Shown piece after piece: positions 8,899 to 18,334 of a stretch of DNA of 64,000 nt. The stretch is from a virus. Under the pieces are notes generated by a model. It worked only from the letters and a program-made list of their open reading frames with translations, made no database searches and was not told where the DNA came from. Position 1 is the first letter of the stretch. Each line of letters begins with the position of its first letter. The position numbers were made by a program, and so were the translations under genes. The stretch lies in the IMG/VR virus record IMGVR_UViG_3300040801_001492, positions 37,446 to 101,445 of that record. One strand, given 5' to 3'.

Positions 8899-9948
8899 AT
8901 GGATAAATCAATTATTGATTTTAACGATCCTATCTATGCTAATAGGTCTTTTGTTACTAAAGAATCTTTATTGGAATATGTCAGTGAATATGATATTCTT
9001 AAGAATTATTATCCCGATATTGAACTAGGCACTGTAATCAATAGTCCTCTTCGTAAAGATAACCATCCTAGCTTTAGCTTATTCTATTCAGAAGCTAATG
9101 ATTGTATTCTTTATAAAGACCAGGCTACAGGTGATATAGGTAATATCTTCGATTTTATACAAAGACTATACAATATACCCAGTTATGCTGATACCTTAGA
9201 ACAGATAGCTACTGATTTTGGTATAGATAAATATTTTATTATCTCTAAACCAAAAACTAAAAAACTTAAGGCAACTAAAGCATATCACACGTCTTATAAA
9301 GAAACATATACGTATGAGCTTAAGATAGTAGCTAGAGACTGGAAAGAATCAGATTTAGTTTTTTGGGATTCATTTGGTATATGTCTGGACACATTAAAAC
9401 GATTTAATGTAGTACCTATAGAAGGTTATTATTCTAATAACCAAGGTACTTCTATTTATGTTAATACAAGGGATTTAAGCTATGCTTTTTTAGAATATAA
9501 AGATTTACAACTTACTTATAAGATATATAGACCATTTCAGAGTAAAGAACGTAAATGGCGAACTAATCATCCTTATGGTGTTCATCAGGGATATAACCAG
9601 TTACCTCATATAGGTGAACATCTGATAATCACCAAATCATTGAAAGATGTAATGTCTTTATATGATGTAGCATCTATTCCTTCTATTGCTATACAAGCAG
9701 AAACTAATTCTATTAAGCCTCAAGTTATGAATGAATATATCAGTAGGTTTAATAATGTTTATACACTCTTTGATACTGATATAACAGGATTAGAAAGTAT
9801 GCTTAAATATCTCAAAAAGTATAATATTATAGGTATTAGTATTCCTATAAAAAAATATCCATTAGCAAAAGATTTTAGTGACTTAGTAAAATTTTATGGT
9901 AGTGAAAAAGCATTATATTTCTTAAATAACAAATTAAAAATTTCTTAA
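8899..9948 (+). CDS. DnaG-type DNA primase (crAss-like)
   Basis: SPLRKDNHPSF zinc-ribbon remnant, TOPRIM ITKSLKDVM / FDTDITG / KDFSD; ATG at 8899 (the track's TTG start lies inside the terminator). Confidence 0.8.
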   Translation: MDKSIIDFNDPIYANRSFVTKESLLEYVSEYDILKNYYPDIELGTVINSPLRKDNHPSFSLFYSEANDCILYKDQATGDIGNIFDFIQRLYNIPSYADTLEQIATDFGIDKYFIISKPKTKKLKATKAYHTSYKETYTYELKIVARDWKESDLVFWDSFGICLDTLKRFNVVPIEGYYSNNQGTSIYVNTRDLSYAFLEYKDLQLTYKIYRPFQSKERKWRTNHPYGVHQGYNQLPHIGEHLIITKSLKDVMSLYDVASIPSIAIQAETNSIKPQVMNEYISRFNNVYTLFDTDITGLESMLKYLKKYNIIGISIPIKKYPLAKDFSDLVKFYGSEKALYFLNNKLKIS

Positions 9949-9950
9949 TT

Positions 9951-10655
9951 ATGGTAACAAAACTTATTTGTAAGACGCCTAAACATTATCAACTTACTGA
10001 AGGTAAAGTATATGAAGTAGTTGAATTTGTTAATGGTGAAACAAGTGTATTATTAACTAATGATTTAGGTGTTCTAAAACGCTATTCCATGAAACTTTTT
10101 GAAAAAGAAGTAAGTGTAGATACTCTGTTTGATGAAATAATAAAAGAACTTAATTTTAAAATGCCTGTTACTCGTCCTCAAGGCAATTCTTCAGTAATTT
10201 ACTTTGAAATTTTAGGACAACCTAATAATGGATTAACCTTATTTCGCTCACAGACAAGTTGTAGCGTAAAAGATATAGAAGGTATAAATTCATTGATAGG
10301 TAGACTAAGAAGACTTATAGATCAGTATTTAGATCATAATGATAAGGTTAAACTATTATCTGCTAATGACCGATATGAATTAAAGTCTATGTTAGGTACA
10401 GCATTGGCTGATAAAATAAACTGGACTGATATAATACAAGAAATAAAAGCAGTTACCTTTTATTTTGTTACTACTCACTATGATAAACAAGATGGTGAAG
10501 ATGTTTTTGGAGAAAATTTCAGAAATGTTTTAATGAAAACATTGCATTCTATATCTACTACACGTAACGAGAATATTAAAAATATAATAAGAAGAACTAA
10601 AAATTATTCAGGTCAAAATCTTATTGCATTAGTAATTCCAAATCCTATAAAATAA
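9951..10655 (+). CDS. hypothetical protein with N-terminal SH3-like (DUF6501-like) module
   Basis: LICK...LTEGKVYEV...LTNDLG...Y...LF. Confidence 0.55.
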   Translation: MVTKLICKTPKHYQLTEGKVYEVVEFVNGETSVLLTNDLGVLKRYSMKLFEKEVSVDTLFDEIIKELNFKMPVTRPQGNSSVIYFEILGQPNNGLTLFRSQTSCSVKDIEGINSLIGRLRRLIDQYLDHNDKVKLLSANDRYELKSMLGTALADKINWTDIIQEIKAVTFYFVTTHYDKQDGEDVFGENFRNVLMKTLHSISTTRNENIKNIIRRTKNYSGQNLIALVIPNPIK

Positions 10656-10662
10656 TAAAATT

Positions 10663-11451
10663 ATGAAAATTCCGAAGATTGGTATTCCATTTTGGAGAAT
10701 GGGAGATAATAGTTTAGGTGTAACATTGCCTTACTATACATATTTTGAACGTTTTGGTTATATTGTAGTGCTTAATCCCATGGTTGAACCAAATCAAGAA
10801 TTATATACTGATATTGACCTATTAGTATTGCCTGGTGGTGCTGATATACTACCAGAAAGGTATAATCATATGCCTAGCCTGTTTACAGGTAAGCCGGACT
10901 TGATAAAAGATTATTTTGATATGCATGTACTTCCTAGGTATATTGCTGATACAGATATTCCTATATTTGGTATATGTAGAGGTTTTCAATCTATAGCTGT
11001 ACATTTTGGATATCCATTAATACAGGATATGTATCATGAAACTAATAAACCCGATAAGAGGTGGGAAAATGTACATAAGCTGTCTGTTAATTCAGCTTTT
11101 GTAGAAGAGATGGCAAAATTTAACGAAAAAATAGAAGATAATTCTGATAAAATATATGATTCACTATATAATATTAAATTACCTTTTAATCGTGAATATG
11201 ACAAAATTAAGAAAAGAAATCTTATTACTTTTTCAGTTAATTCATTGCACCATCAGGCTGTATCTAGTACACAGATAGAAGAAGATAAATCTTTTAATAT
11301 TATAGCCAAGTATCAAGGTGCTTTTGCTCCTTTTATTGAAGCAATGGTTTCTGAAGATAGCAGAATAGCAGGAGTACAATATCATCCTGAAGAGCTGTTT
11401 GACGAACCAATAGCTAAGTATTTAATTTATAAATTATTATATAAAGTATGA
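10663..11451 (+). CDS. class I glutamine amidotransferase / peptidase C26 (PuuD-like gamma-glutamyl hydrolase)
   Basis: LPGGADI, nucleophile elbow GICRGFQ, VNSLHHQAV, GVQYHPE (Cys-His-Glu triad). Confidence 0.9.
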   Translation: MKIPKIGIPFWRMGDNSLGVTLPYYTYFERFGYIVVLNPMVEPNQELYTDIDLLVLPGGADILPERYNHMPSLFTGKPDLIKDYFDMHVLPRYIADTDIPIFGICRGFQSIAVHFGYPLIQDMYHETNKPDKRWENVHKLSVNSAFVEEMAKFNEKIEDNSDKIYDSLYNIKLPFNREYDKIKKRNLITFSVNSLHHQAVSSTQIEEDKSFNIIAKYQGAFAPFIEAMVSEDSRIAGVQYHPEELFDEPIAKYLIYKLLYKV

Positions 11452-11825
11452 AAAAAGAAAGAATTTTTGTTTATGGTACCTTACTAGAAGGTTGTGGTAA
11501 TCATCAATATTATCTGCGTGATGCTAAGAAACTAGGCGAACATATAACAGATTCACAATTTACTATGCTACATTTAGGTGGTTTTCCTGGAGTTATAGGA
11601 ATAGGTAATACAGCTATTAGAGGTGAAGTATATGAGATTACTGAAAATGAGTTTAGGGATATAGATGGTTTAGAAGGATATAATCCTAATAATCCTTCTT
11701 ATGGTCTGTATGATAGAACACAAATAAAAACTCCATGGGGTAATGCATGGATATACCTATATAATCATCGTGATAATCATCATTTTAATAAAATAACCTC
11801 AGGATCATGGAGAAACAAAGACTAA
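11448..11825 (+). CDS. gamma-glutamyl(amine) cyclotransferase (AIG2/YtfP/BtrG-like)
   Basis: IFVYGTL, GEVYEI, catalytic IDGLEG, YDR, AWIY. Confidence 0.9.
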   Translation: MKKERIFVYGTLLEGCGNHQYYLRDAKKLGEHITDSQFTMLHLGGFPGVIGIGNTAIRGEVYEITENEFRDIDGLEGYNPNNPSYGLYDRTQIKTPWGNAWIYLYNHRDNHHFNKITSGSWRNKD

Positions 11826-12601
11826 GAAAACGCCGTGTACAGATACGTACAAGAAATCATTCAGCTAGACCATTAAGGGGTAATATAATGGCTGACCGTT
11901 CAGCTATTGTACGATTAGGTTCACTTACTACATTAGAGGATGCCTATACAAGAAAGAAAAATCTTAATAATATTGTTGAGATAAATACTGTGGAAGCTGT
12001 ACAGAACAGTAGAGATAAATTTGCTATGAAAAAATGTTTTGATAATGCAAAAATCTCTCATGCAGACTATTACATTGATTCTACTAAAATAGATGATAGT
12101 ATAGATTATCCTATTGTAGCTAAACGTAGATTTGGTTTTAAAGGTAGAGGTATGTATCTACTATTTTCCAGAGGTGAATTTTTAAACTTTATGGAAAAGC
12201 AATATGATAAAGACTACTTCTTTGAAAAATTCTATAATTATGCACGTGAATATAGGCTACATATATGTAATGGTCAAATATTTATGGTGTGGCGTAAGTT
12301 ACGTAAGAAAGATGCTGAAGAAAGGTGGTATTTTAATGATTCTAACTGTAACTGGGTAAGTGAACAGCATGAGTTATTTAACAAACCAGTTAACTGGAAA
12401 GATATATGTAAGCATAGTATAAAGGCAATGAAAGCTGTTGGATTAGATTTAGGAGCTGTTGATGTGAGGGTACAATCTGATAAGCACGAAACACCGTTAT
12501 TTATTATTTGCGAAGTAAATAGTGCTCCTGCCTTAGGTAATAGGGGCATTGAAGAATATAAAAAACAAATCCAAAATTTTATTGATAATTATGAAAAATG
12601 A
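11807..12601 (+). CDS. ATP-grasp peptide ligase (RimK-like)
   Basis: N...DK, YPIVAK..G.KGRG, EYRLH, LDLGAVD, EVNSAP. Confidence 0.88.
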   Translation: MEKQRLRKRRVQIRTRNHSARPLRGNIMADRSAIVRLGSLTTLEDAYTRKKNLNNIVEINTVEAVQNSRDKFAMKKCFDNAKISHADYYIDSTKIDDSIDYPIVAKRRFGFKGRGMYLLFSRGEFLNFMEKQYDKDYFFEKFYNYAREYRLHICNGQIFMVWRKLRKKDAEERWYFNDSNCNWVSEQHELFNKPVNWKDICKHSIKAMKAVGLDLGAVDVRVQSDKHETPLFIICEVNSAPALGNRGIEEYKKQIQNFIDNYEK

Positions 12602-13487
12602 TATTTTTATTTTTGATAGTATAGGATCAGACCCTGAGTTTTTCTTAACTGATGAGAATGGTAAATATGTTTCTGGTGCTTTAGTCACTACAGGAGGTAA
12701 GCGTAAGCCGGAAAAATTAGATAAATTAGGTTTTAATATCTTTACTGATAATCTGGCAGTAGAAGGTAATATACCACCAGCATCAACATTTGATAAGTTT
12801 AATAATAATATGCTTAAGCTTATTGATTATATAGGTGAAAGAGCAGAACAGAAGAACCTTAGTGTAGCTCATGTTGGTCAGGCTGAGTTTAGTACAGAAG
12901 ATTGTAATAGTATACAAGGACAGGAATTTGCCTGCTCAGCATCATTATATGCATGGCAGGGTATATATTATAAAACATTTGATGCTGTATCTATCAATGC
13001 CTGTCGTACTACAGATTTTTCTAGAGATAGAATGAGAACAGCTGGTTTTCATATTCATATAGGCTATCATGTAGAAAATAAAACTTTTACTGATCCTTTA
13101 GTATATGACTTACTAGTGGCTAAAATATTTGACCTGTTTGTTAGCTTACCTACTCTTGAGATACAGAATAAAGAAACGTTCAGAGAAGAAAATTTTGGTT
13201 TATTAGGTAACTTTAGAAGCAAAAGATATGGTGTTGAATGTAGGTCGTTAAGCGGTTATTTTACTCATCCTACTTATTATAAATGGCTGTGGACACAGAT
13301 ACAACACATGTTTGAATATATCAACTCATTAAGTAAAGATGAGCTTACAGAGCTTCTGGAACTGCATATTTTTGATGCTCCTAATAAAGCTATGGTAAAA
13401 CAAGAGTTTGAGAAATTTTCACCAGAGACTCCTGATATGATACATCACTTTTCTAATTTAATTAATATTAATACTTATGCAATATAA
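12591..13487 (+). CDS. phiEco32-like COOH-NH2 ligase type 2 (glutamine synthetase/GCS fold)
   Basis: IGSDPEFFL, DNLAVEGN, RTAGFHIHIG, FRSKRYGVECRSLS; ATG at 12591. Confidence 0.88.
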   Translation: MKNDIFIFDSIGSDPEFFLTDENGKYVSGALVTTGGKRKPEKLDKLGFNIFTDNLAVEGNIPPASTFDKFNNNMLKLIDYIGERAEQKNLSVAHVGQAEFSTEDCNSIQGQEFACSASLYAWQGIYYKTFDAVSINACRTTDFSRDRMRTAGFHIHIGYHVENKTFTDPLVYDLLVAKIFDLFVSLPTLEIQNKETFREENFGLLGNFRSKRYGVECRSLSGYFTHPTYYKWLWTQIQHMFEYINSLSKDELTELLELHIFDAPNKAMVKQEFEKFSPETPDMIHHFSNLININTYAI

Positions 13488-15471
13488 TAAATACAACCTT
13501 ATTCTTCTTGTTATTGTTGTAATCTTCTATATCATGTTGCCTGAAGATATAACAGCTGCGTGTGGTTTATTTGCTTTCTTCGGTTCTAATCCTACCAAAT
13601 ATTTTAGCTGGAAAGATTTTAAGATATTAGGTGTTTTTAATGATGCCAGAGGTAATGATGCGTGCGGTATAACAACAAACGATAATGTACAGAAATATTG
13701 GCATCAGGGTATTGTTGAGTTTAAGGATGCTATAATAAAGAAAGAGATAATACACAATTTTACTGTTAAAGACCATATCTTAGGACATACAAGAAAAGCA
13801 TCTAGTGGAGGTAATTGTATAGACACAGCACAACCTTTAATATTCTATAAAAACGATGGCCCCCCATTATCGAAAGCATATAAAGATGAAAATTATAGGC
13901 TTTGGTTGAAAAAACAGCCTAAGAAAAGTATTGTTTTTAGTGGTATACATAATGGTACAATACATAATATAGATAAGTTAGCAGAAAAATATCATGTTAA
14001 AACGAAAGATAAGAATGACACTGCTATGTTATTTGAGATACTGTTTAAAGGACATTATGAAGTACTAACTGAATATGAAGGTACAGCATCATTAGTTTTT
14101 TATGATTACTATACCGAACAGATATATATCTGGAGAGGCGAATCCTTGGCTTACAGCAGTAGTGTTGCTGTTTCTGAAGAAAGACCATTATTTTATTATG
14201 CCCCTGCTAAGAATAATTTCTATTTATCTTCTTTAAAAAACTCATTACTATTTATAGGAGCTCCTGAGAACCATGCAATGGAAGTACCTTCTAATACTCT
14301 GTTTGTATATCATAAAGGAAAACTGGTAAGTAATGTAGCTTATGATAGGTCGAAAGCTAAACAGGTAGTTACATATTCTTCTACAGGTAATGCATGGAAT
14401 TACAGAGATAGTAATAATTCATGGGATAGGTATTCTGCAAGACATTATACGCCTGCTATACAAGGATTTCATAATAATAAGTATGGTAATAATAATACAA
14501 CAGATAAGCTACGTAAAGATGATACTAAGCGTCTTTATCTTGTAACATCTGGTTCATTCTCTAAAGGAGCTTATAGGCTAATAAATGAGAATGTAGCAGC
14601 TATTGCAATAAATAACCCACGCAGATTAGCTTTTTGTAAAGGTAGATATTGGTATGGTAATAATTTAGCACATGGTCTATTGCCTGTTAATACTTTAGGT
14701 ATCATACCACATAAAAAACAATTACCTCTAGCTATTTCTAAAGCTAAACTATATGGGTTTATTGAAGGTGTACTGGTAGAAGATTTAGCATCATATTTTA
14801 TTATGCAAGATACTTATAATAACATATTAGCAGATTTAATTGAAGCAGATAAGATTGATATAAATGATATTATTCTAAAAGAGAGGGATTTACTAGAAAA
14901 TTTAGCTTTCTTTACTGACCATTTTACTGATAGTATAGTATCAGTAAGTGAGATTGAAGCAGTTAAGTTTTTAAACAATCGTAATGAATATCATTATTAT
15001 ACAGGTGTTACACATCCTAAATTCTCTAATAGGAAATATGCTTTTGAAAATGGTGACCTTAATTACATAGAATATATGAGTAATATATCTTATGATCTTA
15101 ACCATACACAGGAAGATGTTACTGAAGTATTGGATTATATAGAAACACCTATGGAATTTTATGCAGAGAAAGGACAAGCTGAATCAGATATAGATGCTAT
15201 AGGTAGAATACTTATACAACAAAAAGACAAAGATATACCTATTTCTTTCTTTACTAAAGTTTTAAGAGGTGAAATAGAATATGATATAAATACTAGTCTT
15301 AAAGAAGAATTTCTTTTAGCTAAATCAATATATTATAAAACATTCTATTCACATCTAAAATTTAATAGATGTGATAAAGACCAGTGTAAAGACTGTTCTT
15401 ATTATGAGAAATATTTAGAATATTGTATACGTTGTGTACAAGAATCAAGTTTAAAAATTGTTACAAAATAA
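13477..15471 (+). CDS. class II (Ntn) glutamine amidotransferase with N-terminal leader and long C-terminal extension
   Basis: CGLF at aa 29, RGNDACG, GHTRKAS, HNGTI, NDT; Cys-rich C-terminus. Confidence 0.85.
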   Translation: MQYNKYNLILLVIVVIFYIMLPEDITAACGLFAFFGSNPTKYFSWKDFKILGVFNDARGNDACGITTNDNVQKYWHQGIVEFKDAIIKKEIIHNFTVKDHILGHTRKASSGGNCIDTAQPLIFYKNDGPPLSKAYKDENYRLWLKKQPKKSIVFSGIHNGTIHNIDKLAEKYHVKTKDKNDTAMLFEILFKGHYEVLTEYEGTASLVFYDYYTEQIYIWRGESLAYSSSVAVSEERPLFYYAPAKNNFYLSSLKNSLLFIGAPENHAMEVPSNTLFVYHKGKLVSNVAYDRSKAKQVVTYSSTGNAWNYRDSNNSWDRYSARHYTPAIQGFHNNKYGNNNTTDKLRKDDTKRLYLVTSGSFSKGAYRLINENVAAIAINNPRRLAFCKGRYWYGNNLAHGLLPVNTLGIIPHKKQLPLAISKAKLYGFIEGVLVEDLASYFIMQDTYNNILADLIEADKIDINDIILKERDLLENLAFFTDHFTDSIVSVSEIEAVKFLNNRNEYHYYTGVTHPKFSNRKYAFENGDLNYIEYMSNISYDLNHTQEDVTEVLDYIETPMEFYAEKGQAESDIDAIGRILIQQKDKDIPISFFTKVLRGEIEYDINTSLKEEFLLAKSIYYKTFYSHLKFNRCDKDQCKDCSYYEKYLEYCIRCVQESSLKIVTK

Positions 15472-15477
15472 AATATA

Positions 15478-16950
15478 ATGACAGCATATACAAAAGATAT
15501 AGACGCAGTAGTTACTACCGTACAAGGAAAGAAAACCTTACGCAAATATTGTCGTTATATAGGCAAAGAGTATCATGAGATTAATGTAGATTGTTTTAAA
15601 ATTAATGGTACATGGTATAGAACTAAAGGTGATAAAATTATTTATGATTATGAACTATATAAATGGAGACTTAAATCAGATGCTCCTTTTGTAAGAGGTG
15701 TAATTGATATTCTACCTAATAATGAATATCAATACGGTCATTTTACTCCTTTGAAAGGAAAAAATATTGATATTATGGTAGGTAAATCATTATATAGAAT
15801 AATGACTGGTATAGATATATCATTGATAGAAAAAGGTAGCCTTATTGAAGGTCGTAATGGTGTCTTCTATTCAGCTGAAATAAAAGATTCTTTTAAAAAA
15901 GAATTAGACCAGTATGTTAATATTGGTGGAAGACAAGCATCTTTTTATAATATATCATGGGATTATAGCTCTGAATATAATATACCTGAATTTCAAAATG
16001 TATTTAGTAATACAAAACTAAAAGGTAAACTATATAATAATTATTATAATTATCTAAAATATACTTTCGGGATTGAGTTTGAAACAGATAATGGTGCTAT
16101 TCCTGAGAGGTATCTTAGACCGATGGGTTTAATACCTTGTAGAGATGGTAGTATAGGTGGTTTCGAATATGTTACTGTACCGTTATATCAGGAGAAAGGT
16201 ATACAGGCTGTACATGAGCACTGTAAATTATTATCTTATTTTTGTGTTATCAATAAATATAATTCCGTACATCTTCATCTAGGAGGTTATCCTAGAACAA
16301 AAGAACATGTTGTGGGATTATATAGAATGTTAACATTTTTACAGGACGATATATATAAATTATTTCCTTCTGCATATAGAAATACTAGTTTATTTAAAAG
16401 ACGTTCTTATTGTGAGCCTTTAGCTTATGTACCAGGTTCGCAAGATATTGATAACTCATTAAGTAATATTATTGCAAGATTAGGAGGACGTTATGATGGT
16501 ACTTTACCAGAAGGTCAACATCATCCTATGGATTTTACAGGTGAACATAAGTGGCAAATTAGTCCTAGATATAAAATAATAAATCTTATTCCTCTAATCT
16601 GGGGTAATAGAGGTACTGTCGAGTTTAGAGTACACACACCTACTATAGATTTTAATAAAGTTATTTATTGGTTATTTATATGTTCAGCTATTTTACAATA
16701 TGCAGAACAAAAATATATGAAATTTACTGTACCAACAAATAATTTTCAAAAATCAGTATCGTTATCTAAGATTATGAAAACTGTTTATCCTCTTGATATA
16801 GCTAATAAGATTATTGACTATATAGATGTTAGGACAAAATACTATGCAAATGGTAATGATCCTTCAGGTGAACACGAAGTATTAGATGAGACTAAGCTTA
16901 GAACACTTCCTGTTAATAATATTAACCCTTTAATTAGAGTATATGAATAG
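15478..16950 (+). CDS. putative amidoligase (Amidoligase_2, GCS/GS fold)
   Basis: TFGIEFET, RDGSIGGFEYVTVPL, SVHLHLG, RYKIINL, GTVEFR. Confidence 0.88.
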   Translation: MTAYTKDIDAVVTTVQGKKTLRKYCRYIGKEYHEINVDCFKINGTWYRTKGDKIIYDYELYKWRLKSDAPFVRGVIDILPNNEYQYGHFTPLKGKNIDIMVGKSLYRIMTGIDISLIEKGSLIEGRNGVFYSAEIKDSFKKELDQYVNIGGRQASFYNISWDYSSEYNIPEFQNVFSNTKLKGKLYNNYYNYLKYTFGIEFETDNGAIPERYLRPMGLIPCRDGSIGGFEYVTVPLYQEKGIQAVHEHCKLLSYFCVINKYNSVHLHLGGYPRTKEHVVGLYRMLTFLQDDIYKLFPSAYRNTSLFKRRSYCEPLAYVPGSQDIDNSLSNIIARLGGRYDGTLPEGQHHPMDFTGEHKWQISPRYKIINLIPLIWGNRGTVEFRVHTPTIDFNKVIYWLFICSAILQYAEQKYMKFTVPTNNFQKSVSLSKIMKTVYPLDIANKIIDYIDVRTKYYANGNDPSGEHEVLDETKLRTLPVNNINPLIRVYE

Positions 16951-17206
16951 AGAAGAACAAATACAATATAGTAAAAATCTTGTTAGTAAAGAGCTTATAC
17001 TACTTTATGGAACTGCTATACAGGATTTATATGCTTATCAAGAGATGAATGATGATAATATTAATCCATTACGGCTATTTATTGAGAATGAGATAGAGAA
17101 ATGCGATTTGATAAGTGAAAATGAAAAATACTATAGCTTAACAGTAATTGATTCGTTAATTTTACATTTAATAGAACTAATAGAAGATGAAAGAAAAATA
17201 CAATAA
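16943..17206 (+). CDS. hypothetical protein
   Basis: 87-aa ORF overlapping both neighbours. Confidence 0.6.
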   Translation: MNREEQIQYSKNLVSKELILLYGTAIQDLYAYQEMNDDNINPLRLFIENEIEKCDLISENEKYYSLTVIDSLILHLIELIEDERKIQ

Positions 17207-18305
17207 TTTATTGGCTGATTATTTAGCAGAAAGACAAGTACTGAAAACACCTGAAGAATATTTTAAATATCCAGCACTATCTTCTTCTATAATAAAGAAT
17301 GTCTGTTATGATCCTTCTGTATTAGACAAGCCACGTGATACACTACCTAGCTTATATATGAATCTAGGTAGTGCTGTTGACCTAATGGTCACACAACCTG
17401 ATAATACAGAAGATATAGTTGTAATGGATAGTATACCCAGTGATAATAATATTCAAATGATTGAGTTAGTATTACAACATTATCCTGATATACAGTCTTT
17501 GGAAGAACTGAATGATGAACAGGTGTCTTATCTTTATGATACTATAGGTTCACGTGTTAATTGGGGTATAAAAGTTAAAAAAGATAAGCTGGTTGATTAT
17601 TCTAATGATTATTTTGTTAAGATAAAAAATAATAAAAATAAAATTATTTTAACAAAACCTTTATATAGCCTTGCTACAGATATAAGTTTAGCATTACAGA
17701 CATATCCTACTACCAAACATTTGTTTAATGGTAGTAATGAGAGGTTTACTATTTTTTATCAATATAAGGTAACATTTAGTTTTAGTGGTTTAGAATTTAA
17801 AAGTATGTTTGATATATTGGTTATAGATAATGTACATAAAACAATATCTATCTATGACCTTAAGGTAGGTGGTAATCCTTTTCTCAGTAGTTTTTATAAA
17901 TTCAAATGGTATTATCAGGCAGGATTATATCAATTAGCATTATCAAAACTAATGTTTGAATTTAAGAAAATATCAAATGCTCATAAATCTTTTGGAGAAG
18001 AATATAATGTTGAAGATTTTACTTTTATACATGTTAATACAAACAATATAAAACACATCTTCCAATATAGTGTACCTGAAGAACTACAAGATACAATAGT
18101 TAGTACAGGTTTATCAGAAGGGTTTAAATATATATATTCTTTACGTGGTATTATAAAAGCTATTAATTATTATATGGAAGCTGTAGAAGGAAATGAAAAT
18201 TCATCTGTTACATATGATAATGTTATGCCATATGTATTACATATAAATAAGGGAGTAATTCCTTTATTTTATTATATGGACACAGACCTAGGTATTTTGC
18301 AATAA
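17187..18305 (+). CDS. PD-(D/E)XK exonuclease (RecE/ExoVIII, DUF3799-like)
   Basis: ALSSSIIK, LGSAVD, KSMFD, IYDLK, YYQAGLY. Confidence 0.75.
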   Translation: MKEKYNNLLADYLAERQVLKTPEEYFKYPALSSSIIKNVCYDPSVLDKPRDTLPSLYMNLGSAVDLMVTQPDNTEDIVVMDSIPSDNNIQMIELVLQHYPDIQSLEELNDEQVSYLYDTIGSRVNWGIKVKKDKLVDYSNDYFVKIKNNKNKIILTKPLYSLATDISLALQTYPTTKHLFNGSNERFTIFYQYKVTFSFSGLEFKSMFDILVIDNVHKTISIYDLKVGGNPFLSSFYKFKWYYQAGLYQLALSKLMFEFKKISNAHKSFGEEYNVEDFTFIHVNTNNIKHIFQYSVPEELQDTIVSTGLSEGFKYIYSLRGIIKAINYYMEAVEGNENSSVTYDNVMPYVLHINKGVIPLFYYMDTDLGILQ

Positions 18306-18311
18306 TTTTAG

Positions 18312-18319
18312 TAACTTTG
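18312..18319 (+). promoter_or_regulatory. Bacteroidota -7 promoter element upstream of RNR
   Basis: TAACTTTG in intergenic gap; no TTTG at canonical spacing. Confidence 0.5.
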
Positions 18320-18334
18320 TATAAAAATTTTTAT

